Source of the DNA: Amphiscolops sp. MND2022
Lineage: Eukaryota
Assembly (NCBI GenBank): GCA_964187785.1
Contig: OZ076409.1
Location: 63,056,001 to 63,120,000, forward strand
Length of the DNA: 64,000 bases
Direction of reading: 5' to 3'
The notes beneath the pieces are model-generated. The model saw only the letters and a list, made by a program, of their open reading frames with translations. It did not search any database and was not told where the DNA came from. Each line of letters opens with the position of its first letter. Position 1 is the stretch's first letter. Made by a program: the position numbers and the translations under genes. Of the stretch, positions 27,636-40,257 are shown in pieces.

Positions 27636-30600
27636 GTCAGTAGATCCAGCAGTTCCAGTTTTTAGACTTCGTTTTGGCGTTTTTAGATGACACTAAAATC
27701 GCACGACTATTGCAGTCGCTCGATATTTAGTCGGCGCTTTTATGAAACAAAACGCGACTATTATCGTGGCTTTTGGAAGTTTTTTTTTCAATCCACACTA
27801 TGACAAAAATATTTTTCAAAAATTCTACAAAATCTTCAAATGTACAATTTGGCTCAGCGAACTGAACTATATTAATTGTCTTTTCAGATATGAACAAAAT
27901 ATTCAATTGCACATCCAAATTCAATTGCGTTTCATTAAGAAGGTGGAGGTTCGAAGTTATTGCGCTGTATCCGAGTTTTTGAAGTTATATTCGAAGTAAA
28001 TTTCGTATTACTACAGAGAGGGCGGATGTTCGAAAATAATGTGCCCCCTTCGAAAAAGTCCTTTGGGTTTTTCGGTACTGTGAAATTGAGAATTTATTCT
28101 AACGAGATTTCTTGACGCTTTGAAGTACTTCTCCTATTTAGTGGGGCGCCTTACGCATTAAGCGGGCGCCGATTTATGCCGCTCCCGGCTTGTTTGCTTT
28201 AAAATGGACAGGAATGTGACAATAACGGATGAAGCGCCCGTCGTTGATTTTCTGTCTATTTTTGTACCGACTTTGAGTTGTTCTCGGCTTGTTATCATTC
28301 ATCAAAAAGTTGACAAACCACGTGCATCCATGCATAGCCAATGCATGAATGCATGGTCCATGTGAATATGGACCATGCATGGAATCAAAAATCTCAAAAA
28401 AGCTGAATTAGCTCAGAAAAGCTTTACAGCACCATCGGAGATACGAAAAATGGCTCCCTGTTAGTTTAGTTGACTCGTTTAGACACTGGCCTGTTCCCGT
28501 TGATAATTTATCCAATTTCAGCTGATCATGATTTTTTTTCAATCGATTCCAGTCTATTGAGAAAACGAAAATTATATACAACCTCTACATTCTCGGAGTT
28601 GATAATTAATTAACTGCGATGGCATCTCACCAACCGCGCCGCATTCCACGAAATCTAAAATTACTCTTTACTTTTACTCTTCCGAGGCACGTGAAACTTT
28701 TTAATCTCACGTATTTTTCTAGTTCTGCGACATCTGTTCAAATTACTTTCTTGAAATAGTTGGAAATTATGTTTTGAACTATTTACAAAACACCCCAAAC
28801 AAGATTTCGGTAATTTTTTCCCCGAATTTTATTGCGTGGTCGTTTCTAAAACATTGAGATTGGGAAAACTCCCTTAAGGGAGGTTTATTACCGAGTGATC
28901 AGAATTTTTGGGTCGCCATTCAATTTTTAAAGATCAGACAATTTGGAGACATAATGCTGTCAAGTTTATTACGTTTCCTATAAAAAGACGCGTTGCAAAC
29001 CATAGAGAACTGCAGAACAGTCGTAGATGAACGGACGCTTCTTTGAATACAACAACGAATTTCAAAACAAATTTCATTGTTTTCGGTTTCTATTTTTAAT
29101 GCTTAAAAACGCTGATTTATTTCGCTTAAAGAGTTCATTTCTTTTTTTACAATGGCGGCAACTCAACATCCTTTACACTGAGATAAAACACGCTTCCATA
29201 CCTCTGCAATAGTGACTAGTTTGAGACGCTTTTTGATACCCTGTAAAAATCTCGCCTTAGAATAATTCCGTAAATGGATGAACACTGATCGCTTTTTGGT
29301 ATTAAATTTTCATGCGGCAAGATTTTATTGTATAGAATCTTTGAATATTGCTGATACCGTGACTTTCAATATCAATTTTTATATTCTTTAACCAGATTAT
29401 ATTTTGTCTTAAAATTACAAGCTCGTTTAATATTCCGATTTGCACTGACAATTTAAACTTCTTTAGGTTAATGCAATTACTAGAAATTCTCCCCTTTTGA
29501 CTTTTTGAATAGACAAATATCTTCCAGGAAGATGGGCTAGACAGGCAATACCTTGCAGCTGTAACTGATTAGGGATTGTTTTTCGGGCGGTCGTGTGCAA
29601 TACAGACAAATTTTCTATTGTATTTCTGGTTCCCTTTCTGCCGTTGCAAGAACTGTAATGTCATCTTGCCACAAAAAATTTTCTTTTTTGATCTTTTGAA
29701 AGTCTAGCCTTTTTGCATTTTGTGCATTTGATCCTTCCTCTTTTTTGATGACCTTGAAATTCCCTATAATTGGCAACGGACAAAAAATGTGCAAATTTTC
29801 GAAAACAACCGAAAAACAACAAGCAAATTTTCGAAAAAAAACTTTTGATTTTTTTGAATGACGAGTCAGCGATGCTTGAGAGAAAGTGGGGATCTACAAA
29901 AGTTTTAGCTGATGTAGCAATACCACCGGAAATCCTATTGCTTGAATTGATCATCGCCAGAGTTATGTCATCGATTCTCCGTTCACCCAATCAAATTTGA
30001 GAAAATTAAGTTCTGGTTTCCCACCATTTAAACGTTTTCGTGCTCAGTCGTTCAGCCAATAACATGACGTTGCGGTTAATTTGTGAGGTTTGATTCGGCG
30101 ATAATGACAAAACTGGCGGCGCTTCAAGCTGGTGAGATTTTGAAACAATAAATAATTGACATGGTTTGAAATGCCCAGCAGTCAACACACTTACAGACAC
30201 TTCTAGAGGGGAAAACTGGACAAAAGATTGTTAACAATGAATGGCATAGCCAGCATCTGGCAAACGAATCCAAAAATGAGGAAAAACACAAATCATGCCA
30301 GGCGAAGCACGAATAAAGAAACTCAACAGCAGAAATTGAATTTTGTCTCTAATTATTTATGCATGCGTTTTGAAAAGTGCATTTAAAATTCATACGATTG
30401 CCAGGAGTAGATCTCACATTGATAGATAGACGACAATTGAAAAGACACGCTGTTCGCTGTTTACAGTTTCATACCTTTCTTACAAGTTGATCCATATAGA
30501 CATGCTTTCCGTTGGTATGCGAAAAAAGCAACCAGTAAAAAACTGTTTCCAATATTTTGCAAAAGCTTGCAAAAATGAAATTAATCGAAATATATCCTGA

Positions 30601-31872
30601 AAATGCAAACATAGAAGGCGTGTCAAAATTGAGGCAAAACGAAGCTGGAATTGTAATTTAATTAGCTTATCAGAATCTAACATAAATATTCTTTCACTTA
30701 TCCTCTAGTAATCACCTTACGTCAGATCTTAATGGAACCGCCTCTTAGTGGTATATAGACTCATGGATATAGACTAAAAGACTAATTAAGTTAATGGCAA
30801 ACAGTCGAAAAGCTTGCCTTGGGCTTGCTTTAGCTGTTACTGAAAGTTTCAGGCAATCAGTCAAGGATTATAAATTCCATCTTCCTCTTTTAAATTCAGT
30901 ATCCCAATTTTTGCATCATCGGTTAATACAGTTAAGTTTGTGGTGTATCTATCACTCACGCCTATTATTTTCAGCATAGAAAATAAGGTTACGTCAATAA
31001 AAACAAGTTTCAGACATTTCGTCACCTTTTTGAATAAAAACAAAAGCGCTTGTCTTACGTAGAAGGTATCAATAAGCAATGCAATTGAACAAATTCAAAA
31101 ACGAGCAAAACCTCTTTTGATACCAACACCAACCGTATCGCTCCCTCTATTCAAGGACGTTCAAGGAAAATACCTTGAAAGTCTAGTGCTATCCCGTGCC
31201 AACCTTCATCGTGTCTTACCTCTCGCGGTGGTGCAGGAATTTCACGAAAAGTAACTGATGTAGCAAACCATCGATGTACATGGATTTTGTTCGGAATTTT
31301 TGCATGCAAATTGAAGGTAATTACTTAAGTTGAAGCAAGGCATTTCAAGTTGTGTACTTCATTAGTGCTAATTGTATCCTAGAGCGACAACTGTGGAGAA
31401 AGGAAATTCTAAGCATTAGAATGGGCCTGTAGGATCTCAGTAGACCGACGTTTGTATCAAATTTTCAATGTAAATCGAATAAATATAATTGCAGCCAATT
31501 TTCGAGACGCCTGGTGTTTGTTGAGGCACGTTTCCAAATATTGGTAGGCGAAAGCATTTTGTGTCAGCCCCGACTACCAAAAGATAGAGACATGAAAAAC
31601 GATATTTTAAATGAAATTTGCTTCTCGATTTTTGATAATAGTGCAATTCTTCGGTAGCAAGTCCATAAACGTTCAACGGTACATGAACTTACATAACAGG
31701 AGCAACATATTATGTTTACAGGATTTTCAGTGTATGCTCAACAATGGAGCCTTTGTCACGGTCTTACAACTATCTTGCTCTGATCTTGAGTGAAAAGAGT
31801 TTCATTTTTCACGCTTCTTCATAATCTTGGCAGTCATTTCATGGGCTAATTGACTTTTTCAATGGACTTCAT

Positions 31873-32382
31873 AGAACTCCATAATTTTCTGTGACGTACG
31901 TTGGCAAGGGTGCCAAAATTTGGTTGAAAAGTTTCATGTGCTCGTTCTGAGAGCTGAACATTGACAACGAGATAAAATTTGAAAAAAAAACAAGTTGCAT
32001 TCAAGCCCGTAACGTTATAACCAGATTTAGACAAAGTGTTTTTTTCTAGACTACAAAATAGAGTCTTTCAAGGAGGTTTTCAATAAATTCATTTGCATAC
32101 GACTCCATGATAAAAAGTGACATAGTTTCAGCAGTACTTTTTAGCATACAGTAGTATGCAAGTGAATTTATTGAAAACCATCTTGAAAGACTCTATTTTG
32201 CAATCTAGAAAAAAAACACTTTGTCTAAATCTGGTAATAACGTTACGAGATTGAATGCAACTTTTTTATTTTCGAATTTTATCTCGGTGTCAATGTTCAG
32301 TCCTCAGAACGAACACATGAAACTATTCAACCAAAAGTTTGGCACCCTTGCCAACGTACGTCACCGAAAATTGTGAAATTCT
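31873..32382. repeat. Long inverted repeat (fold-back), ~228-bp arms with a ~53-bp spacer
   Basis: 31873-32100 is the imperfect reverse complement of 32154-32382 (e.g. GTGACGTACGTTGGCAAGGGTGCCAAA / TTTGGCACCCTTGCCAACGTACGTCAC). Confidence 0.92.
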
Positions 32383-32443
32383 TTGCTATTAGCACCGGAA
32401 GGTCGACCCCCACGAACACGTCGGCGAAGCACGGAATAAGTCA

Positions 32444-33963
32444 TGTTATATATGGAATTGATAGCGCATAGGATATTAAGCCGGTTGCGAATATTTTCAG
32501 AACCCCACGACGCGCGTAGGAGGCACGGACCCTAAGTAAATAAGCCCGGAACGTTATGTAAATCGCCACCAGTTGACCCGAGGAACATGAAACTTGCCTA
32601 AGATGATCACCCACCAACCTCAAGTTATATACATGAAAGACACTTTAATTGATCCACCACGCGCGGAGTAATGTTTGTTTAAGGCACGCGAAACCGGACT
32701 CGCGGGACCGACCGATAAATGACATTTCACTTTGGCTTGTAATATCTCAAACGAACCGGAATAACGGATGCAGTTGATTGCTATTTCGAATGAAGTCGTA
32801 TTTGTAACCCATGCGGGGGTAACCGCCTTAAGTAAACAAAAATACGCGTATCATGTAACTCGAAGAATATGACCCTAGGATGATATAACTTGGCATGTAG
32901 CAACATTGGATGACTACAAATAACCTCAAGGTCACCGATGGACCTCAAAGTCATTCTAGATGCAACCCCTAAACATAGAGAGAAACTTACGATAAAACGC
33001 GGTTTGCGTGATAATTTATGCATTTCAATTGGGCGGGGGATCCGCAGTTAATTGCTCTCATGAGCACGGAGAAGTACCCCTTACGCGTAGAAAACATGTA
33101 AGCCATGTAATAGAAGTTCAATGAACGATTGGCTCGATATAGGAAACATCTCTGGTGACTTGAATTATTATAGAAATGTGAACTTTGTACGAGTATTGTT
33201 GAATTATTTGTCGTTGTTGGCAAATAATGTTTAGTCGAAGAATATCCAGGGCGTCCGTCTTGCCATGAAAAAAATAGTAAACATGAAGGTAAACGATTTT
33301 CAATACGCTAACGCCATGTAAAATAAATATCCGGTACGACACTATGGGAGAATGTGATCACACGAAACACGCGCGAAGAACAAATATAATTGGGTCTGAA
33401 TCAGATGATACAGAATAGACAGAACCGAGTTAAAAAGCTGGGATCAAGTTGAGTTGAGTCTCGCGGAGACACGATACTTGTTCGGACTAACACTCGCGCT
33501 TCTCGACAACCGTGTAAAAGAGCTAGAAGAAAGTTGAGTCTCGCGAAGACAAGAGACACTTCTAGAAGATTACGTTGTCGCTAGCTCGGTAGATTTGCTG
33601 ACAAGTCCGGGACTTCTGATTCGGTTGAAGTTGGAGCTTCAACAATATTGAATTGCGCCTAACGCACCTCGCTGGATCGCGGATTCGACTGTTGTCGTAT
33701 CCTTTTATTGAGAATTTTAGATAGTACTTGATAAATATTAGTTAGCTTGACTAATTTGAGTTACTCCGTGTTATTTCTGTTGCAAAGAAGTAATTTTATC
33801 ATTCCATCATTTGGAAGACGCGAGCCGATAGAGCAAATCTGGAGAGATAAATTGACAGTAACTTCAAGAGAATTGGCTAACTAACTAAAACAAACGTAAG
33901 ATTCTGGTAAGATTCGAATTGGAGGTAAAATTCTCTCCAAGCCCCGAATTGGATTTTCTTACA
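32444..33963. mobile_element. Possible solo LTR or LTR-element fragment of a third family
   Basis: CpG-richer non-coding block bounded by TGTTA...TTACA with an internal repeat AGTTGAGTCTCGCG; no clean TSD at these limits. Confidence 0.3.
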
Positions 33964-35271
33964 TTAGAATGTTTAGGATACTTCACAAAAAATCACTGAA
34001 TGATTTTTTGAAACGTTTGCATGAAAAAACTTAAACTATTTCCGCAGTCTCGAACCAGAATTTTTGCAGTTATTGTATTCTTCACTGGGTATGAATATCC
34101 AGTGGGATGAAATTTTTTCAGCAGTTAAGGCTACCAAGTGCATTTAAAAATATAGCTTTTGATTTTTTTAATCTGCAAAGAAATTTAAATTTGCAGAAAA
34201 GTATCTGACATTTTAGTTTTAGTCGTTTTCCGTGCAGTTGTTAGAACATTAGTCCTTTTTCTGTTGAAATAAGTTTCGAAATTTTCGCAACACAATATTA
34301 TTGGTTTGACCAATTTCTTCGCCCTCAGCTCAGTGATATTGTCACGGTGATAACGCATTGACCGAGAAATAAAATAGAAATGAACTTTGACGGTAGTCAG
34401 ACTTTTGTGTCCTTGATTGAGTCATAAGGAAATCACACGTTCAAGCCGACCATTTTGTACCACGTGGCTGTGAATACAGTATTGTAACTTGCTTTGGAAA
34501 GTATCCGGTCCAGTTTTAGAAAAGCAGAATTTCTTGTTCGGCCTCTATATTGCGTAATAGTGATATTGATATTTCTTCTTCTTTTTTCCAAACTATCGAC
34601 TGTTTTATACAATTGCCTATCACTTTTTGGATTTTTTGTGGTTATGAGTATGCAGAGAGGTTCCAACGACTAAGCAATTGATTATTTTTAAACAACCTCT
34701 TGTTCTAATAATTTTTTCTTAAGATGAACCGAAAATTGTCGAATATTTCTGTTTCGAATTATTACGCAAGTTCGTAGTTTACTGGCTACGCTTAAGTTCT
34801 AAAAGTATGTCATTGCGGAAAGAGTGAAAAATTTCCCGCTGCTCATCGGGCGTCTTGTTTTTTTCCCATTAGCACTGATGAAGTTGGCAAAAAAGTGCCG
34901 AAGAAGCACTGGAGAGGGAGAAAACGGATTCTGAATAGTTTCTCTCAATTTTGCTCTTCTTTCAATAGATTGTTTCTCAATTTTACGTTCGTGAATTTAA
35001 CAGATCGTGAAAAGCCAGGCGTTGTTTATCCTACTAACATAAACATGGTGACCAGCTTTGCGTCCTTTTACCTTTAGTGCCTTAGAGGTGAAAAAATTGA
35101 CTGGATTCGACAACAACCAACTCCTAAGGAGCAGGTCGAGTAATCCAACCAATTTAGGCTTCTGAATTTGCCATACATGTAGAAGTTCCTTTCGATCGTT
35201 TTTTACCTCACATTTGATCAATATTTTTCCCGAAATTCATTATTTGAAGAAACTTTCAACCTGTGTTTCAG

Positions 35272-35348
35272 GTGTGTTCTGCGACCAGATAGATCCCTGC
35301 TACGACGGCATGAACGAAGGCCCGTGTCAGAACAGCGGAATCTGTAAG
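35272..35348 (+). CDS. Exon of multi-EGF-repeat protein (third visible exon)
   Basis: TTTCAG acceptor in phase 1; (G)VFCDQIDPCYDGMNEGPCQNSGICK completes the preceding EGF; donor AAG|GTAAGT. Confidence 0.92.
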
Positions 35349-35425
35349 GTAAGTACCATAGTGCAAAGAAACGAAGTATTTTTTCACAAAAAATATAACA
35401 AGACGCCCGCTGAGGAGCGGGATAT

Positions 35426-36160
35426 TGTAGCGACTACCTATCGAGTGCACGATTTCGAAAATTTCGATGAAAATTTCGTTCAAGGGACTATATCTCCTCT
35501 ACTAAAGAGTCATATTCCGCCAGACGGCAGCGTGTCTTTACTCAAGTACCTGTCCACGGAATTGAAGAGGATTTGAGCAAGAGACTCGAAAGAGACCCCA
35601 ACCGAACGAGAAGATTGCAGAAAAACACGGCCACTATCAGAAAAAGACTCAAATTTCTGCCAAAACGGACTGAACTTTGTTCTAACCAGTGCTTTCTTCA
35701 GCGAAGCGTTACAAGACGCTGTGATTACCAAAAATGAGTCAATTAGCTTGACCAAGCATCCGTGCTTGTGTCCCCGGCTAATTGCTGCCTCAAAAGTGCT
35801 AATTATGTAGTAATTTTCGTATTTTCTTGTTGTAACAGCTCGTGAGCTACTCATTTCAATCTCCTGTGTAACTTCGATAAAACTTGATTTTTCCTTTCCA
35901 CCACTTGCATTTTTTTAAAGGCTGTCTAAGTGTTGATTTCGAAGAAAAAGCGTAATGCGCACTACTGATAGCAATTACAGACTGGATCAGGCCGGCGAGC
36001 ACTTCACAAGAAGCGGAATCCTCCTCTGACGGGACAGTTTTTACCCGATAGAGGCAAAATGAGCTCATGGTCATGGGCGCCTGTCCCGGGCAAATACCCA
36101 TATCATGTGTTCCTCTAACTCTTATGGTTACGGCGACAATGGTGAGAGCTTGTCGTTACA
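35426..36160 (+). repeat. Element B 5' LTR
   Basis: No differences from 53918-54652 seen by eye. Confidence 0.97.
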
Positions 36161-36176
36161 TAGAGACATCATTTTT

Positions 36177-36194
36177 TGGCGACCACAGAGGGAT
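36177..36194 (+). promoter_or_regulatory. Element B primer-binding site (tRNA-Arg-like)
   Basis: TGGCGACCACAGAGGGAT, complementary to a ...GTGGTCGCCA tRNA 3' end of the kind found in animal tRNA-Arg(UCG); 16 nt from the LTR. Confidence 0.85.
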
Positions 36195-37433
36195 CGCTTC
36201 GAAGTGCTTCCCTTAATGGTTTTAAAATAGCCGACCCTCTGGTGATTGACGCCAAGTACGACCCGACTCTGATGGAAAGAAGAGAGAACCAGAGTTTTTC
36301 CACGTTTTTACCCTGTGTGTGTCATTGAAGATTTCAACCCCGGTGGATAAAGGTAAATCTTGTAAAAAAGCGCTGTATGTTGTGATTTTCATGCTTTTTT
36401 AGTAGTTGACAGGTAACGATTGAATTAGTCTACCCTCTTAACGGGTCACTCATAATATTGGTCTAGCAAGCCGCTGGGAGGCTGCTAGAAGTGTTAACAG
36501 GTGTTTTCTAGCCTTTTTCAGCTTTTTATGACCAATGAAGTGAGTGTTGAGAAGAGGATAACCCTTACTCAGAGGAATCCTACAATCTGCCGAAACGAGT
36601 TATACGACTCACCGATCCCATTTCCCGTACAGGCAACCTAGAGAAATGAAATTTGGTGGAGACGTACTACAAATGCTGACGTGTCTAATGGTGCAACCCG
36701 CTTGTCTCTGGCTGTTCTGGGTGATGAGCAAAAAGAACGGGAAGACACGACTCGTCAGTCCGGGTTGTATGATATTTTTGAGTCAGGTTGAAAAATTTTT
36801 TTGGGTTGCTCAAAATTTTGTGTACGACCATTTGCCAATGTTTTTACGAGCCTTCTGTAACTAAGTGTGTGCTTTTGCACCAGTTTTGTGCGAAAAAAGT
36901 GCGTTTCCTCATGTATTTTCGACGAAAAGTGCCAAATTTGGCCATTTTGAGGCAAAACACCTACATGAGCGCGAGCGCTCTTGGTGCTAGCCACACACCT
37001 GCAGAAATTAAATAAAAGTAGCTCAGGACTCTAACGAGTTCGCAAAAAACGCGACGAAGTACTCAAAGTTGCCCGAAAAGGCACTTAGTATAAGTTTTGT
37101 GAGGAAGAAAACCCGTTTTTGAAAGATTGAACATTTTAGCACTTTGGACTTATGGGGGAACTTGTGTAAAAGCTTTTAAACATCCCCGCATGGTTGCAAT
37201 TAGGTTGGGGTACACCTGCCGGTACCCAACAATACTCATTTTGGTAATTATAACCACTACTTCTTGAAAAAAGTTACGAAAACTGTGATTTTAAGGTTTT
37301 TCTATAGTACTCTTAGAAGAAACCCAACTTGACATTTGACGAACACTTCTACACTTAGAATAGCCCCCGGGCTATTATTTTCAGTTTATTCAGTAAATTT
37401 AACGATCTATAGTGAAAACCGCATGCAAAAATT

Positions 37434-37592
37434 CCCATTCAGTGCTGAGAAAAGTGAAAAAACGCACTGAATTTGATCAATTTTCCACAAAACCGGACTG
37501 TCTCTGAGCTAGGGTCGGGTCATCGATTCCTGAACCCTAGCCAAAAAGTGGTTGCATTTTCGTAACCACCACCAAAATTAACGTTAGTGCCG
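37434..37592 (+). promoter_or_regulatory. Putative packaging/dimerisation signal shared with element A
   Basis: 157/159 identical to the reverse complement of 19459-19617; hairpin 37508-37541 with ATCGAT in the loop. Confidence 0.6.
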
Positions 37593-38550
37593 AAAATTTG
37601 GTGAACGTAACTTTCACCAAAATCGAGAAAAGTGCTCTAACGTTTCAACTTCAGAGGACTGTAAAACTACCGAAATAATCCAAAACTGAAGGACTGTCGG
37701 TGCCTCGTACTTAACGGGCACATCTATTCGAGGGTTTATTCTAGTATTACGAGTAGTGGGGCAACACGTAGATCCCATTTTTTCAACCCTACCACTTTTT
37801 GAGGTGACCCTCTTAGCCAATTTGTGAAGAAAGTAGCCTAAGATTGTTTTTCTTTATGAGTGTCGTCCAAGTAAGGTCGAAACCTCAAATAAGCGTCCGC
37901 GCTTTCTTTTGATGGTCTCACCGGCATTGTACACACTCATCGGCTGTAACTACAAAGTTTCGTGTCAATCCAACCGGTACTTGGTGAGAAAATAGAAAAA
38001 ACGTACCACTCAAAAAGCTGGGCATAGAGGGTGATTTTTCAAATTTTTCCCGAGTGATCCGAATACCTTAATTGAAAAACGAGGTTGAATTACAGTTCAT
38101 TTCTACCATTTGTACCAGATATTACGTTGTTTTGCAAATTTTGAGCCCGCCAGCTTTTTTTCAGTAGAGCACAATCTCGAAATAAGCATGACAATTGATG
38201 TATTTTGATGACTGAAGGTACCGAACGTCCGGATCAACCTAAATCTTGAAATAAAAACCCTAGCTTGGATTTAATTTTGCTATCGTGTAGTACACCTACC
38301 ACAAGGTCAGGTGGCCAATTTTCAAGTGTTTCCGACGATTAGACGTTGCGTTCGAGGGATCTTAGTCATTTCCAAAGAAATTTAAAAAACTCAAAAATTG
38401 TCTAAAAACCCAATTGTTTGCGAATCAGCTATTCCGTAAGCCCCAAACGCACGGTTTCCGGCCCCACACCACGGTATCAACACGCTGTGTAAGTTTCACG
38501 CCGGTACGACCCCTAGATCGATTTTTGACTTTTTCGAGACGTGCGAAATC

Positions 38551-40257
38551 ATGAAACCCAACAGTTTGCGTAACCTTTGGATTTCCATAACGAGAACATT
38601 AGGCCGCGCGAACACCCAGCGACGCTCTAATCATTCAAGAGGGGGGAGGAAGGACATCTCGCGATGCACTGAAACATCAAAGACACCAGATCCAACGGGG
38701 TGCGAGACAAACCTCAGTGCAATATCAGACTTGACCTCAGATCCCAAGGAGGAAGATTGGCCAACTGATGACAGTTTCATTATGGAACCCGATTTTTCAG
38801 ACCCTATGTCAGACGACGCATCGGAGGAATATCAAGCCAAGCCGGTTGCCAAGACTACCGATGATATCGGAGGTTCAGCAGACGAAACAGGAAGTCAGGC
38901 GCACACGTCCAAATGGTTACAAGAACTCACCAAAGTAGCCGTCACACCTTTCGGTACTGACGAAGCAGGAACATGGCCCAACTCCAACAGGACAAACGCT
39001 GAGGAAGAAACTGAAATGAGTTGCTTGAATGCCACTGGACAACTCAAAGCTCCCAGCGTGGCCAGCGAGAGCACTGCGAACACGGCAGAGATATTGCAGC
39101 AAATGTCCTATGTCGGGGGTATGAACTATGCCAAGACACGTCTTCAAGAAGCTACAGCCCCCCGAGCATCTGGGAAGGGTAAGCAAGTACGGCCTCCAGC
39201 CTTACTAGCACAGACTGGCACTACAGGACCTCATGGCGACTCGCGCTCATCCTCACCTTCATCAAAAGCTGCATCTGCCCGATCTTCAGCATATCGAGCC
39301 GTACATGAAGCAGCGAAAGCACGCAAAGCTCTGTTAGATGCCCAGATAGGCGTGAAGCAAGCTGCTTCACAACTGTCTGAGCGTAAAGCAAGATGCGACA
39401 GAGAGCATCAGTCAATAATGGAAGAGATAGAAGCCGTACAAACTGAACTGCGAACTTCGACTGAGCGACAAGCGCAAGGACATGAAATTCAGGCAGCTCG
39501 AATGGATGCCATGGGTTATCGAATGGCCGAAATAAAAGACATGGTGACCGAAAGAGAGGTGCGCATGGAAGCTCAACTGCAAGAGGTATGTTCACAGATA
39601 CAAGCAATGGGCACCATGTTGAAAAATATCCAACCTCAACCCGCACCAGTAAGCAACACTATCAAAGAATTGCTGCAAGACACTAATATATCACTGCCAA
39701 AACCCATGAAAAGCGTCTCCCTCAAACCAAAAGAGAGTGTGACGATTTCGACAAACCCATCTGGCTCTAAACAACACTTGGCTAGGTACGCGCCCTTGCC
39801 ACAAACTCTGGTCTCAAATGGAGAAGCTGCGTCAACATCGACGAAATTTATCCCATCTGCGGTATCAACAAAAAATATTCCACCCACAACCAAAACTCAC
39901 AAGAAAGAACCAACATGCGAGGTGATAACTATCGACACTTCAAGCATGGGTATTAGCGACCTGCGAGAGCCCACACGCGCAAACATGCTAACCGAAGTCA
40001 CTAGCACCTTCCAAACAGCAAATGCAACTTTGGGAGAATCAGCTGCAGAATTCCAAACCGCGAACGACGAATTACCCTCGGGCAACCCATGCGCTAGCAG
40101 TACTCGACGCCGAGAAGTGACTCTCCCCGAGAACACTCTGTCAACTCAACGCGAGGCAGCAGTATCCCGCCACCAGCTATCAGCGAAGAAACGCCTATAT
40201 CACCGGAGCAACTCAGGTTTACCGAGGCAATATCTAAAGCCATGTCCAAGGAACTAG
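38551..40257 (+). CDS. Element B ORF1 (568 aa): low-complexity/coiled-coil protein, probably the N-terminal part of Gag
   Basis: Long ORF after the leader with a central heptad-rich helix (ARKALLDAQIG...IQAMGTML); overlaps ORF2 in the -1 frame. Confidence 0.75.
   Translation: MKPNSLRNLWISITRTLGRANTQRRSNHSRGGRKDISRCTETSKTPDPTGCETNLSAISDLTSDPKEEDWPTDDSFIMEPDFSDPMSDDASEEYQAKPVAKTTDDIGGSADETGSQAHTSKWLQELTKVAVTPFGTDEAGTWPNSNRTNAEEETEMSCLNATGQLKAPSVASESTANTAEILQQMSYVGGMNYAKTRLQEATAPRASGKGKQVRPPALLAQTGTTGPHGDSRSSSPSSKAASARSSAYRAVHEAAKARKALLDAQIGVKQAASQLSERKARCDREHQSIMEEIEAVQTELRTSTERQAQGHEIQAARMDAMGYRMAEIKDMVTEREVRMEAQLQEVCSQIQAMGTMLKNIQPQPAPVSNTIKELLQDTNISLPKPMKSVSLKPKESVTISTNPSGSKQHLARYAPLPQTLVSNGEAASTSTKFIPSAVSTKNIPPTTKTHKKEPTCEVITIDTSSMGISDLREPTRANMLTEVTSTFQTANATLGESAAEFQTANDELPSGNPCASSTRRREVTLPENTLSTQREAAVSRHQLSAKKRLYHRSNSGLPRQYLKPCPRN

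Noticed and set aside
29661..30000. ORF with CTKC as a possible integrase or zinc-finger remnant
   Set aside because: A single CxxC with no supporting motifs in the surrounding frames
35510..36101. Minus-strand 114-aa and 81-aa ORFs duplicated at 54002-54593
   Set aside because: They lie inside the LTRs, so duplication is trivial, and they show no recognisable motifs
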